This document shows, piece by piece, positions 25,558 through 39,460 of a stretch of 64,000 nucleotides of DNA (position 1 is the stretch's first letter; every line of letters starts with the position of its first letter). Below the pieces are notes generated by a model. The model ran no database searches. It saw only the letters and a list, made by a program, of their open reading frames with translations, and was not told the DNA's origin. Source of the stretch: Octopus sinensis (Eukaryota); the NCBI RefSeq assembly GCF_006345805.1, contig NC_042999.1, positions 40,858,001 to 40,922,000 on the forward strand, given 5' to 3'. The position numbers and the translations under genes were made by a program.

Positions 25558-26228
25558 CCCTGCAGCTATACATATACATTTATGTTGCATTTTGGTCTCA
25601 GAACATTTCATAATGTCCTGCAAAAGTCAGTTATTTTATTATAAAACATATTTAATAATTTTTTTCCATTACAAACTGACTCACTCAATTGTCTTCTGTC
25701 TTTTTTTAAAATTATTTATCGAACTCTTTCAGTTTGAATTGTGACGATAATGTCCTATTGTACTATATGCAACCCGAGAAACAGTTATTTCTTTGCTTTT
25801 TTACGAATATGTAAACCTACCACCATAATTCATATTCGTAAACTATTTTCAAATATAGTTATGTTTATATAACGATATTTTATATAGTAACTATATAGTT
25901 GTATAGTCACTCTGAAGGCGGAAACTTAGTAGAGCTGGTAGAAGTTTGGACAGAATATCTCAACTCATGCTTTCTGCATTGAAATACTACGTGGTTAACA
26001 TTGCTTTTCACCCTTCCGGGGACGATAAAAAATGAACCAGTCCTGGAATGTAGATTAGCAGAATTCTCAGAGCGTCGTGCAGGATAACTTGCGGTAATTA
26101 TTTCGGCTCTATACATTCTGAGTTTGAATTACGTCCCTCATGAATAATGGTGACACGTCTCACACGAATTGCGGCCGACAGAAAATCAGCAACTGAAAAA
26201 CTAATGGACGTTTCCTTGGTTCAATTAC

Positions 26229-26850
26229 AAAGATCGACTGGCTCAATCACCCTTGGTACAATTCTAAAACTTCTGAGAAAAGGATAGAGTTAACTGAGAT
26301 CGGCATCAATTTCTGATTGAGCAAAATCACCCTCGTTGGGATTTGAGCTCGGAACACAAAAACCCAGAATAATTGCCGCGTCGCGTTTGTGTACCACTCT
26401 TTGTGACACGCACACACACACACATTAATTTATTTCTTTATTGCCCATAAGGAGCTAAACATAGAGGGAACAAACAAGGACAGACAAAGGGATTAAGTCG
26501 ATTACATCGACTCCAGTGCGTAAGTGGCACTAATTTAATCGACCCGAAAGGAAGAAAGGCAAAGTCGACCTCTGCGGAATTTGAACTCAGAATGTAGCGG
26601 CAGACGAAATACATATTTCTTTACTACTCACAAGGGGCCAAATACAGAGAGGACAGACAAACGGATTAAGTCGATTATATCGACCCCAGTGCGTAACTGG
26701 TACTTATTTAATCGACCCCAAAAGGATGAAAGGCAAAGTCGACCTCGGCGGAATTTGAACTCAGAACGTAGCGACAGACGAAATACCGCTAAGCATTTCG
26801 TCCGGCCTGCTAACGATTACTAATTTTTTATCATCCATTAGGACATACAT
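26229..26850 (+). repeat. Local duplication, copy 2 (contains the same SINE B dimer)
   Basis: See 22410-23174. Confidence 0.85.
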
Positions 26851-29674
26851 AGAAGGGACAGCACAATGAAATCGAATGATTTTACATGAAATGCGATTGG
26901 GGTCCTTTAACAAAATTCTAAATACATATAATTATGCTCATAACTCAAAATCTCGACGTGCTATAGCAATTCTGAGTTTAGATTCGGAATCAGCGTATTC
27001 GATTTAGTTTGGTACAGCACCATTTGTTAGGGTAGCAGACAATATTTTTTTCTTTTTGTTTATTTTTTAAAATTATTTTTTACCCAGTGTAATTAGTACT
27101 CTTCACTTCGCCTCTTTTGGAGTTGATAGAGCGTCGGGAAAAGCATGCAAAGATCTAATTCTTTTTAATCCTAATTCAAATACTGCTGGTATTAATTTCG
27201 CTTTTCATATGAAAGATTTCAATAAAAGTTACAATGAATACAGACGGTTATATGGAAGCGACTACACTCCACTACTTCAAATGTTTGGTTTTGAATTTGC
27301 GTGAGTAAAACAAAAATGACTTCTTTCTTTTTTTTTTACTTTTAGTTTTTATACCGCAAAATATTTTGTTTTACAGATATATCAAGTTAGATTTTCAAGA
27401 ATGCACCTAAAAGCGTATACTGAAAAATCTTCATTGAGATTAGCGCAGGAGTGGTTGTGCTGTAAGAAACCTTGTAAATGTATTTGGTAGAAAGAAACCG
27501 TAAGAAGCCCGTCATATTCATACATGTATATAGTGAGTGTGTGTGTGTGTGCGCGCGCGTTACAGTACAGGGATCTTAGAATTACAACGGAAGATATTCG
27601 CACAGACATAGATCTTGGGCTTGTTTTCAATTTTGTACAACGCTCTGTAAGTAGAGTATGATCAAAGACGGTTCATTTATTGAGTGACGACGGAAGGATA
27701 AAGGGTGACGTTCACATTTCGTGAATTTGACCTCAGAGCGCAGCGGTCTGGAACTGATATTCCAACGGATGTTATTCGATGCTTCAGTGACCCAGGCAAC
27801 TCATCTCCCCCCCCTTCTCTTTCTCTCTCTCTCTCATATATATAAATATACACACACAGAAGCACATAAAGACATAGGTGTCTAGTACAAAAATTGAAAA
27901 ATCACAAGGACGAGGTACAAAAACAAACAAACCGGGTTTATTAGGTTTACGTTCAGGAAAATTAGATGTCTTTAATGTTTCAAGCATACGCTCTTCTTTG
28001 GAAAGGATAGATCAGGAGAGAGAAGAAATAGAAACGTACAAATGTATCGCAATTAGTTGGTCACTGCATACACACACACAGAGGATTTTTCAAAACAGTT
28101 TGTAATATATCGTTGTAACCCTCACGGCTCTTATAAAATCTATTATTATTATTATTGTTGTTGTTGTCGTTGTCGTTGTCGTCGTCATCTAACAGCTAAT
28201 TGATTTCTAAATACTTCTACTCTGTAGGGTGTGGCTTCGGTCAGCGCTTGGTGCAGACCATCGTCACACGTATGCACATAAACGGTTAAGTTTATCCTCA
28301 TGTATCTTTTACTGCTATCAGCTAACTAATTGCTTTAGTGTTCAGCCATTAATACACTTTGATACAAATCTAATATATCAAATGGAATAAACAATGTCGT
28401 AATTATTTACGAAGTTGAAGATAATTTCGGGAAATCGAAGTAACGTCTTATGACTTGGGATGGTCATAACGCCAAATTTTGTTTCAACACACGAACTGAC
28501 ATCAAAAATCTTGCAAACCAAATGCAAAATCGTTTTATAACGATTTTCAAGACAAAAATGTCTGTATTTTCGAGATGAAATTACCTCGGCCTGCTAATAA
28601 TAGTAACCTCAAATTACTACTGTCTTAGAAGAGAAAGAAAACCTTGCATATTGCACTTTTGCATATCGCATATCTGAATAATACACAAGTTGGAGGGGGG
28701 GTATTTTATTACAGATTTACTCAATCAAGACTGACCTGAATCTGAACAACAAAAATATATAATGATCAGAATCCTTATATCGTTTTTGATTGTCCTATTT
28801 TTGTTTGGACAAAGTAGATTACAACTAACTTCTCATGAAAATGACTGATTCGCCTGTTTGTTATATTTCGTTTAAACAACTAAATATTTGAACCCTGAGC
28901 AGAACAAGTCTTAGAAGCATCACTTAGGTGAAAAATACGATGCTTTCACAAGGTTGGGAGTGAAATAATATAAGTGCTAAAATACTATCAGACCGTATCG
29001 TATGCACATCTCTTTTATATATATATATTAAAAAATGGTACATTAATACGATATATAGGGAAGTATAATGTTTGTCCATTTATTATTGTTTCTCTCGCTT
29101 CCTCACTCTCTCTTATACTTACCGTAAAATCGATTATTAAGTAAGTACATAAACAAAATATAAAGTATTGTCGAGTCGTCCTGAACGCCTTGAGATTTCC
29201 ATCACAGATTAAAAGCCCTTTCGTTGTGTTTACATGAAAAAAAGGCGATAAACATTAAAGTCACAATATCCCATTTTCCTCTCACTGATAACCTAATTGA
29301 AGAGCCGGAATACTTCCCAAAACTTCGCAACAAAGAAAAAAAAAGGTGAGAGTGGATATAAGAAGAATATATTTCCTTACAACAATCGTTTAGTATGAAA
29401 AAAGTATTTGCAGAAAGATAGTAATAAAGTGTAGAACTGCCTTATCAAAAATCAGTACAACCTCGTAACTATCTTGTTTTTGGTTCTGTGTACAAGGAAG
29501 GTAGTACCTTATTCTACGAGGTACAACCCTCTACGATAGACATAATGCCTCAAATTTTGGAGTGGCGTTTAGTCGTTTCAATCGATCTCAATGCTCAACT
29601 GGTAATTATTTGAACGGCGGAATTTGAACACTAAAACAGAACCGGAAGAAGTGCCGTTAAGTATTTGATATATT

Positions 29675-29857
29675 TTACTCTTTCACTTGTTTCAGTCAGT
29701 TGACTGCGGCCTTGCTGGAGCACCACCTTTAGTCGAGCAAATCGACCCCAGGACTTATTCTTTGTAAGCCTAGTACTTATTCTATCGGTCTCTTTTGTCG
29801 AACCACTAAGTTACGCGGACGTAAACACACCACCATCGGTTGTCAAGTGATATTGGG

Positions 29858-29896
<39 letters not shown>

Positions 29897-30078
29897 CATA
29901 CATATGTATATACGACGGGCTTCTTTCAGTTTCCCTCTACCAAATCCACTCCCAAGGCTTTGGTCGGCCAGAAGCTATAGCAGAAGACACTTGCCCAAGG
30001 TGCCACGCAGTGGTTCTGAACCCGGTACCATGTGGTTCGTAAGCAAGCTACTTACCACACAGCCACTCCTGCGCCTAT
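29675..30078 (-). mobile_element. SINE family A
   Basis: Head-to-tail match to the other A copies. Confidence 0.85.
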
Positions 30079-31206
30079 AAACGATATGTTAACGATTCTT
30101 ACAGCTCGCCACTTTAGCAAAACCTCATTATACCAAATGTCATTTTTAAAGATGATACGGTGTAATTCAAGGGAGACAGATGCCGTCTGTTAATCTTTTT
30201 CAAATGCAGCCAAAGATGAGTTTACTTTCATCAGTCTGGTGTTAGAAAAGACGTATACTAGTCAAGTATATAATCTATTATATTGAATATACCATATCTA
30301 ATCCCGAAATTTGCACTTTTTTTTAATCTTTTCAAAAAACGCAAAATTTAATACACAAAAATAAGGGTGCATCATGTCAGAGTTTTAGTCTGCGGTAAAA
30401 TGTCTTTTATGGCACTTAGTTACGTCCCTTTAAATTCTTAGTTCAAATACCATTTAGGTCGACCTTTCCTTTCATCCTTACAGGATCGATAAAATAACTA
30501 TCAGCCAAGTACTGAAAGTCAATTTAATCGATTCTACTCTGACACATAATTTATGGTTTTGTGCTGGGAATCAATATTAAACAAGTGTAATGTTAGGAAA
30601 ACAAATAAATAAAATAAATGAATAAAATAAATAAAAAAGATGGAGACTGAGCAATATACAGGATTAGTTCTAGATTCGGTTTCGATGGCTAATTGAAGAA
30701 CATTCACTTCGCTAAAACCGTAAATGCGAGAATGCAGATGGCCTGGTCGATAGAATATCGGAAATCTCTCCGACATGTTTGTGGTCTGTATCGCATCAAG
30801 GTCACTGCGTTTTAGGCATGGCAAATATACTTAAGTTGTTATGAGAAGATCAACAAGCTCCGAATATGTTCTTGTTGTTATTGCTGCTTTGTATGTGTGT
30901 GTGTGTGTCTGTGCAGCAGTTGTTGCATAGACACAGTTCAAACCAGATAGTATAGATCTGTGTACAATGATATCCTGGTCTAAGTCAGCTTCCTCTTCGT
31001 ATTTTTAGAAATACATTATTCAATATATCTTTATTTAATTCAATCGTGGATCATTTGAGATGACTATGACTGTCGTTTCTAGAAGATAGAATGACCATGT
31101 AGGGGCTCTCTTTATGTGGTCAATCGATTATCTCATTTTCGCAAATATCACCGCTGTAGTTGGTATTCGCGGATTGGCTATTTGGTGAAAAAGATCGTTT
31201 CATAGA

Positions 31207-31622
31207 GGTGGCGAGCTGGCAGAAACGTTAGCACGCCGTGCGAAATGTTTCGCGATATTTCGTCTGCCGTTACGTTCTGAGTTCAGATTCCGCCGAGGTC
31301 GACTTTGCCTTTCATCTTCCGGGGTCGATTAAATAAGTACCAGTTACAAACTAGGGTCGATATAATCGAATTAATCCGTTTGTCTGTCCTGGTTTATCTT
31401 CTCTGTGTTTAGCCCCTTGTGGGTAGTAAAGAAATAGGTATTTCGTCTGTCGCTACGTTCTGAGCTCAAATTTCGCCGAGGTCGACTTTGCCTGTCATCC
31501 TTTCGGGGTCGATTAAATAAGTACCAGTTACGCACTGGGATCGATGTTATCGACTTAGTCCCTTTGTCTGTCCTAGTTTGTGTCCTCTATGTTTAGCCCC
31601 TTGTGGGCAATAAAGAAATAAG
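31207..31622 (+). mobile_element. SINE family B dimer (full + headless)
   Basis: Junction GTAGTAAAGAAATAG|GTATTTCGTCTG at ~31437. Confidence 0.88.
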
Positions 31623-31992
31623 AAGCTCGTTTCATAACCACGCAATTCCAGGTTCGATCCCTGTGCGTAGTATTTTGAGCAAAACAATTTAGCTATAGCT
31701 TAGGATTGTTGTATACCTTGCTAATGAAAATGAGTGCATGGAAACTGAATAGAAGCCTTTCGGGTGCATTCATCCTGTAATTCAACATGTACCACCTTAT
31801 CACGTTCCGTCATACAGATTTGAATGAGAATTACTTTAAAGGTACAAGTGTGATTGAAATATTAAATCACATATTAAATCGACAGTAGATAATTCAATTG
31901 ATTGAACTAGGGAATCTGCGTAGTCAAACGACGGAGATCCACTGTAAAGCAGTGACAGTACAATGAGATTCACAACTGGTTTGCTTACTTGA

Positions 31993-32330
31993 ATATTCAG
32001 TTCATGTGACTCAGTGGTTAGAGAGATGAGCTCACAGTCATGAGGTAGGGTGTTCGATTTCCGAAACGGCTTGTGTGCTGTGTTCTTGGGTAAGACACTT
32101 TATTTCACGTTGCCCCAGTTCACTCAGCTTAGAAATTAGTTGTGACGTCATTGGTGCCAAGTTGTGTTGGCCTTTGCCTTTCCCTTGGATAATATTGTTG
32201 GCGTATAGAGGGGACGCTGGTATGCATGGTTGACTGCTGGTTTCCTATAAAACAACCTTGCTCGGACTGGTGCCTCGGTGGGTAACTTTCTAGTTGCAAT
32301 CCCATGGTCATTCGTAACAGAAGGGGGCAT
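31993..32330 (+). mobile_element. SINE family D head (tRNA + CORE-like TTGGGTAAGACACTTTATTTCACGTTGC) with tail Z
   Basis: Head matches 53454-53778; tail differs and recurs reversed at ~35700-35820. Confidence 0.7.
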
Positions 32331-33597
32331 TTAGCCATTACCTTTATTGTAAAAGGAAATTTTCCTTTCTGGGTTTCTTTTAAGGAAAGCGGGTGATGGC
32401 GTTGTGAGAGGCGGAAGGACGGAAGTAATGATTTTTCAGGGGCTTCGCAACTGGTGAAAAGAAGGGAGGAAGTTATCGTCAAGCTGAAAACTTGGTTCAA
32501 AAACTTGCAACAGAATAGTCTCCGCTACAGGTACCCATCGATAAGGTATTGATATCAAACCAAGAAAAGTATTAAATCGGGCATTGGAGGAGGTGGGCAT
32601 CAACAGCCTCTGGAAAATTTGATCGACATAAGATTACTGTAAGAAGACATATGCTGTGAGGTCGAATACGAAATCACATCGTTGCAAAGCAGTCGTCTCA
32701 ACAACACAGCCATATATCAACATGTGAAAGGTCATTCAACGTTATACACAGAACATAACTGTGTCCAACATAGATCCTTACTTGTATGGATAGGAGCGTA
32801 AGAGAAAACCCAATCTTTTACGTGTTTCAGTAGTTTGACTGCAGCCATGCAAGAACAAGACATTGTGGAGTTTTGTCGAATAAGTCGACTCCTGTATTTT
32901 GTTTTAAAGTCTGATTAGTATTTATTCGGCTCCCTTTGGAGGTAATGTTACGGTGTCGTAAACAAACTAACACCGGTTGTCAAGCGGTGTGGGGACAAGC
33001 ATACACATATGTGTGTGTGATTATTGCCGACGGGATTCTAAACAGTTTCGGCCTACCAAATTTACTCACAAAGCATTGATCGACCTGGAACTATAGTAGA
33101 ATATTTAAACAAGGTGCCGCGCTGTGGGACTGAACCCGAAGAAATTTGGTTGCAAAGTACCATGCCTGTGTTGTTATTTTATATTTTTTTTATCAGTTCC
33201 AGACATGGATCCCACAAATTTCTGTGACTCGAATGAGATTATTTCATTTTAAATTCATTCGTAAAAAGAATGAGCGTCACAGCATCACTTTCACGGCGAT
33301 TCTGAAACCTCCAAGCTAATCAAAAGAAATTGATATTTTAATTTCATTAAGCTGCGGGCGGCATTGACAATCTTGTTTGCAGTGAACCGAAACTGCAGTC
33401 TGGTTTCAAACCCTAGGTGGTCGTACTTGATTTGCGTCGCTAATCAAAACCGATATTTATTTATTCATTTATTTATTTAATTTGTATCATAATTGGTGGA
33501 CAATGGCAACGTTGGTTATTGGTTTCCAACAAACTAATCACAGGTTCACTGCATTTCTGATATACACAACGGAAATATTCCTATCCCTATTGTCTCT

Positions 33598-33639
<42 letters not shown>

Positions 33640-34294
33640 AACTCCATCTCTTCCTTTATACTTTCCTCTGTTACTGTCTATTTCACTTATATTTAGTCTA
33701 TCATATAAACTTACGCAGACATAATCTCAGAATGCAAACATACGCCAACACATATTCATGTTGAAGTACTTCATTTTGTGTATATGAACATAATATAGAT
33801 AGATAGATAGTTTAATCTCTGTTTACATAGAGGCATAGGTTGTTACCGAACAAACACCAACGTTCACAGCTCCTGCAAATAAGCATAAAATCAGCTCAAA
33901 TTTCATGTAATATGAGGGTGGAGACAAAAGAAAACGTCCCACGACAATCAACTGCATCCGAAAACTAATTTTTCCGCTCAACCGAGACAGCAATAACAAG
34001 TTATGAAACACATATGTGCTGAAATAACTGCAGCATCAATAGACTTCCTAGCCTCAAACACTCTACAGGAATGCGCACCATCTACAGTATGGACATATAT
34101 GTCTCCGTTGTAATTAGTTGAAGAATTTAAAGTAATGCAGGCATATACAGAGTAATAAATACTGATGTTAGAACTGTCGCGCTACACATATTGCGCTGTA
34201 TCACCGCATATCTTGGTTGGCAGTAGAATCCTTAACTCGGAGGAGGCATAGCAAAAGCGGGGTGGGAGGAACGTATTCGACTGGATTGTTGTTT

Positions 34295-34700
34295 TACTCT
34301 TTTCCTTGTTTCAGTCATTTGACTGTGGCCATGCTGGAGCACCCCCTTTAGTCGAGCAAATCGACTCCTAGGACTTATTCTTTGTAAGCCTAGAGCTTAT
34401 TCTATCGGTCTCTTTTGCCGAACCGCTAAGTTACGGGGACGGAAACACACCGCCGTCGGTTGTCAAGCGATGTTGGGGGGGGGACAAACACACACATACA
34501 GACATATACACACACATACATATATACATATATATGACGGGCTTCTTTCAGTTTCCGTCTACCAAATCCACTCACAAGGCTTTCGTCGGCCCGAGGCTAT
34601 AGAAGAATACACTTGCCCAAGATGCCACGTAGTGAGACTGAACCCGGAACCATGTGGTTGGTAAGCAAGCTACCTACCCCGCAGCCACTCCTACGCCTAT
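34295..34700 (-). mobile_element. SINE family A
   Basis: Head-to-tail match to the other A copies. Confidence 0.85.
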
Positions 34701-36124
34701 ATGTTTATTTTTGCTAATTATCAGCCAATCATAGGATTGCTCGGTATGCTGATACACAACGACTATTTGTATTTTCGTTTAATTTAAATTGACACTTTAT
34801 AATTCTGAAATTATTTTAAGTTCATTATGTTAATTACCCAGGCAGTTGAGGCAATATCGATTGAGCAATGGGACAGCCTTCGCATTATGATTTAAAATGT
34901 CGCCGAGTTCGAATTTGCTTTCATTGTTTCGAGGTTGATTAAATTGACTCATCTGCTTTCACCATTTACACGCTGTTTAAATTGACTCATTTGCCATTGT
35001 CCTAAATATTCTGGCCCTGTTACAATGAGAGAAATACATTAATATATTAAAACTAAAGGGCAGTAGATCAGAATCGTTAGAGTATCTGAAAAATGCTTTG
35101 CTCTTACGTCTTGATTTCAAATCCCGCTGAGGTCAGCTTTACCTTTCATTCTCTCAGAGTACATAAAATAATCAGAGTACATAAAATGCTTAGGGGCATT
35201 TCGTCCGACATTATGTTATGAGTTCGACTTTACATTTCATCTTTTCGGAGTCTAAAAAATAAGTTCCAGTTGAACACTGAAGTTGGTATAATTGACTGAC
35301 ACCCTCGCCCAAATTTAATGACCTTGTGCTAAAATTTGAAACCAGTATATACGAATATCTTTGAAGTGGTAGGAATACCCTCCGGGGTTGAATTCCAAAA
35401 ACGAGGCTATCCTGATCCACATACGTTGGTACGTTTTCACCCTGATTACAATTCATAAACAATGATCAGTTTTAAGAAACTGTGATCAATTTTGTGCTCT
35501 GAGCTCTAAAATGAACAGGAAGATGCTGAACTTTTCAGAGATGTAAAATGCATGCTCCATGGCTCATGCAAACCATGCAATTCAGCAACTGAATACGTGG
35601 AGGGAATGCGTAAGCAATCGGATAAAACACCATGCTGCCACTTTCACTATCACAAAGAGCTCAGGATTGAAACTATAACTATACTTGATATCATCCCTTG
35701 AAGATCCCCTTCGGTCACAAATGACCATAGGATTGCACTAAGAAAGTTCGTCTTCGAAGTAGAAGTCCGGGCAAGGTTGATTGTAGAAGACCAACAGTTA
35801 CCTATGCATACAAGTCTTATATTTTAAAATTCCACCTCCTTCCCCTTTTCAATACACTAATTACTTTTCCAGTTGAACAAACAAATATCTCGTACTTTCC
35901 ATTTTACTTCTCATTCTTCTCCATTAACTTTTATATCTTATATTTTTATGAATTAATTATTGTTATATTTTAAATACTTTTCAAAATTTAATCATTTTTT
36001 TTTATTCATTATCACGATAATTTCATTCGTTATCACGATAAATTTATTCGCCTGGCCCATTTCTCTTTTCATAAAATGACATGATTTCAGTCGACCTAAA
36101 AGCATATTAATATCTACAGACTTA

Positions 36125-36336
36125 CGAGGGAGTGGTGAAAAGTTCCTGGCTTTAAGGGTATTATAAAGGGCCTGGTTGGAGGCACAACCTACTGAGTTCT
36201 TTTACGGGGCTTATAAAAACTGAAGGACCGCTGCAATAATGCGTGAATCTGAGAGGGGAATATGACTAAAATCATTATTAACTGATCCTTCTGTATTTTC
36301 TTTTACCCAAGGCCAGGAAATTTTAAACATCCCTCG
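36125..36336 (+). mobile_element. Mariner-derived MITE (212 bp)
   Basis: TA|CGAGGGAGTGGTGAAAAGTTCCTGGC...GCCAGGAAATTTTAAACATCCCTCG|TA; internal CVNLRGEYD* resembles a mariner transposase C-terminus. Confidence 0.8.
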
Positions 36337-37253
36337 TATCTGTGATTAAAAATATTTCATCTGTGACCGTCTTACTTTTCTTTGAAAAAAATATCTGAAA
36401 AAAAAGAACGTTAGTGTAACTTTTAAAGAGATTTTGTAACTATTTCTAGGACATTGAGTGTTTGTGTAGAGCAAGTATGGTAAACTCTCTCCCGCAACTG
36501 ACATTTCATTCACATTCAAATTTAAACATCGCGTTAATTAAGTTTCCCACGAACACCAAACGAAACGCAAACCAGCTCGAGCCTTTAAAGACAAAATCGG
36601 AAATTTAATCCAATTTGCATCTGAAAATTAAAGATTTCTTCTTTTTCTCAGCACATATGCACACACGATAAGTTCTTGCGCGCATGATATTCGATCCTGG
36701 TATTAAGAAATTTCCCCATTACTGGCGTTGAGGCTGTCTCATTAACTCAGCAAGTAGTAGTAGTAGTAGTAGTAGTTGCTGTTTTTGTTGTTTTTCTCTT
36801 GTTCAAGCAGACATAAGATCAAAGCATTCTAGCATTGACTATCGTGTGTTGTTAGACCATATATCCGGAACTAATATAGAAATTGTCTTTTACTGTTTTT
36901 AATGATGGTTTTTCTATGCGGTGCAAGTACTAGTTAGTTTTTTTCTAGCATGTAAAGAGACCACGCAGAGGATCCCTCATTTGATCGGTGGATGTACTTC
37001 GAATGTACTGAGGGTGATTTCATTTTCTGCAAAATGGACTCTTTCCAATCGAAATGTTTTGCGAAATGTTTTTTCTCTCACATGCTCACACAATCTCTAT
37101 CTCTCCCCCCCTCTCTCTCTCTCCCATACACACATATAACCCATCATTATTTAGCTGCCACTGTAAATAGTCCAATCTCTCACATTTTGTTCCACTTTCG
37201 TACTGTTGGTCTGTCATGGTCGCCTCGGTAGTGATGTAGTCAACTCTCTATAA

Positions 37254-37284
<31 letters not shown>

Positions 37285-38189
37285 CACATATCACTCATTT
37301 TCCTCCATCTCGTTTACATCCATCATTATTGCATCTCCCTCGCGCTCACCGCGATAAATTTCCCCCACGTCCATCTTATTACGGTGAGCTACGTATGTCT
37401 TTTGGGACGCCATAGTTTCAAAATGTGCTAATACGTACACGTTATGGGAACAAATAGAAAGATATATAGCATGCTGTGTAGATCGCTCGATGCATATTGT
37501 TGATATCTGAAGCTGCCTGTGTCACAAGTGTATATAGCAAGGCTCTTAGCTATTTCCTATGAGCGTTATTTGCATGTTGCTGAACACAAGAGAGCAATCC
37601 GCCGTCTCCATACACCAAGTCAGGCTCTTCATGAGATGAATGTGAATGTAGAAGGAAAAAGAGGATGAGGAGGAGGAGTTCCAGTTGTCACCGTGAGCTG
37701 GACAATGTGTGTGGTGAATAGAATTGTGAATAGACCACGACATGCTGCGTGGTGAAATAATATCAATAATCGCATTATTTCATCGTCGTCATTATCACCA
37801 TCGTAACATCATTATAATTAGGAAATCGTTGAAGTTGTTGAGTATGGTGAATATGACAAATGATCATTAATCATAACGGTGGTGGTGGTGGTGCTGCTGC
37901 TGCTGCACAAGGCTATCAGTCTAGAGGTGAGGTCATTCGTGGATAACATTGACCAAGATACTTGGCTGGTACTTTATTTTCCACGATTTCGTTTTCTTGA
38001 TCACGATATTTGACTGATACTTCATTTTCTCGGCCCCGAACGAAATAATGAGAGTCAAATCTGATTGCAACATAGCTGAAATCCAGATTGTATAGAATCA
38101 GAGACAATAACGTAAGAGATTCTGTCGGAGACTTGAACCTTTCTATCAATAGTGATGATGATGAGGATGATGATGATGATGATGATGAG

Positions 38190-38800
38190 AGTAATAGCAG
38201 TCCTTTCTATTAAAGGAACAAAGCCTGAAAAATTGGTGGGGGTGGGACTACTTAATTATATCGGCCCGAGTACTCAACTGGTACTTAATTTATCGATCCT
38301 GAAAGGATGAAAGGCAAAGTCGCCTATAGCGGAATTTGAACCCAGAACGTAAAGACTGACGAAATGCCGCTAATAATAATAGTAATCCTATAGGGAGGGG
38401 GCTAGTTGATTACATCGACTCCAGTGCTCAACTGGTACTTAATTTATCGACCCCAATAAGAGATGAAAGGTAATGTCGACCACAGCGAAATTTCAACTCA
38501 AAACGTAAAGACAGACGAAATGTCGCTAAGCTAATTCTCCGTGCTAACAATTCAGTCTATGCGCTGCCTTAAATAATAATGAAAATAACAATAATAATAA
38601 GTTAATTACGGTTTCAGATTTTGACACAAGTAATTTTGGGGTAAGGGGTAAGTGGATTCCATTGCTTAATTAGTACTTCATTTATCGACCCAAAGGATGA
38701 AAGGCAAAGTCGACCACAGCGGAATATGAACTCAGATCGTAAAGGCAGACGAAATGCTGCTAAGTATTTTGTCACGTGCTAACGATTTATTCTATGCACT
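38190..38800 (-). mobile_element. Cluster of about four diverged SINE B copies
   Basis: Repeated GATGAAAGGCAAAGTCGACC core. Confidence 0.75.
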
Positions 38801-38839
38801 GCCTGTGATATAATAATGGTGACCATCATAATTTTTTTT

Positions 38840-39130
38840 AGCACAGGCGTAGACATGGCTGTGTGGTAGGAAGCTTGCTTTCTAACCACATGGTTCCGGG
38901 TTCAGTTCCACTATCTGGCACCTTGGGCAAATGTCTTTTACTATAGCCTTGGTAAACGTAAACTGAAAGAAGTCCGTCGTGTGTGTCTTTGTATTTGTCC
39001 CTCACCACTGCTTGGTATTGGTGTGTTTATGTCTCTGTAAATAGGGGTTCGGCAAAAGTAAACAATAGATGAAGTAGCATGCTTTAAAGAAAATAAGAAC
39101 TGGGGTTGATTCATTCGACTAAAACTTCTT
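38840..39130 (+). mobile_element. SINE family A, diverged
   Basis: TGGCTGTGTGG..GGTTCAGTTCC..CCTTGGGCAAATGTC. Confidence 0.7.
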
Positions 39131-39309
39131 CATGGATGAAAAAAAAAATAGACCCACTAATTGACTGGTATTTTAATTTGCCCGACTCCAAAGTTGGCCT
39201 CGCAGTGATTTTTTTTACTCAAAACGTAAAGAGTCGGATGAAATATTGCCAGGCACTTCTTGTGGTCTTTTATGAAATTATTCCAGTACACACGAGAGAA
39301 ATTATTCCA

Positions 39310-39460
39310 GTACACATTAGAGAAAGACTCAAAGCTAATGGAATATTACTGCACGATTCCAAAATTTGCGACCTACACCTCCGCAGCAATGCAAAACGAA
39401 ATCATCGAATTGTTGAGAAGACACACTGTCAGCCTCGTGGTCGATGTTTATTTGAAATCA
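39310..39460 (+). pseudogene. hAT-type transposase fragment (DUF4371/ZMYM1-like)
   Basis: LEKDSKLMEYYCTIPKFATYTSAAMQNEIIELLRRH matches the ATYTSxxIQNE(I/L)I motif. Confidence 0.6.

Noticed and set aside
27878-28105. 75-aa ORF (and the 96-aa ORF at 30534-30824)
   Set aside because: Non-ATG starts, no recognisable motif or paired splice sites.
37504-37671. Plus-frame peptide ...LLAISYERYLHVAEHKRAIRR...EGKRG* resembling a GPCR TM3 ERY motif or an amidated peptide end
   Set aside because: Bounded by in-frame stops, no start codon or convincing acceptor upstream of the motif, and no neighbouring TM segments; likely chance.
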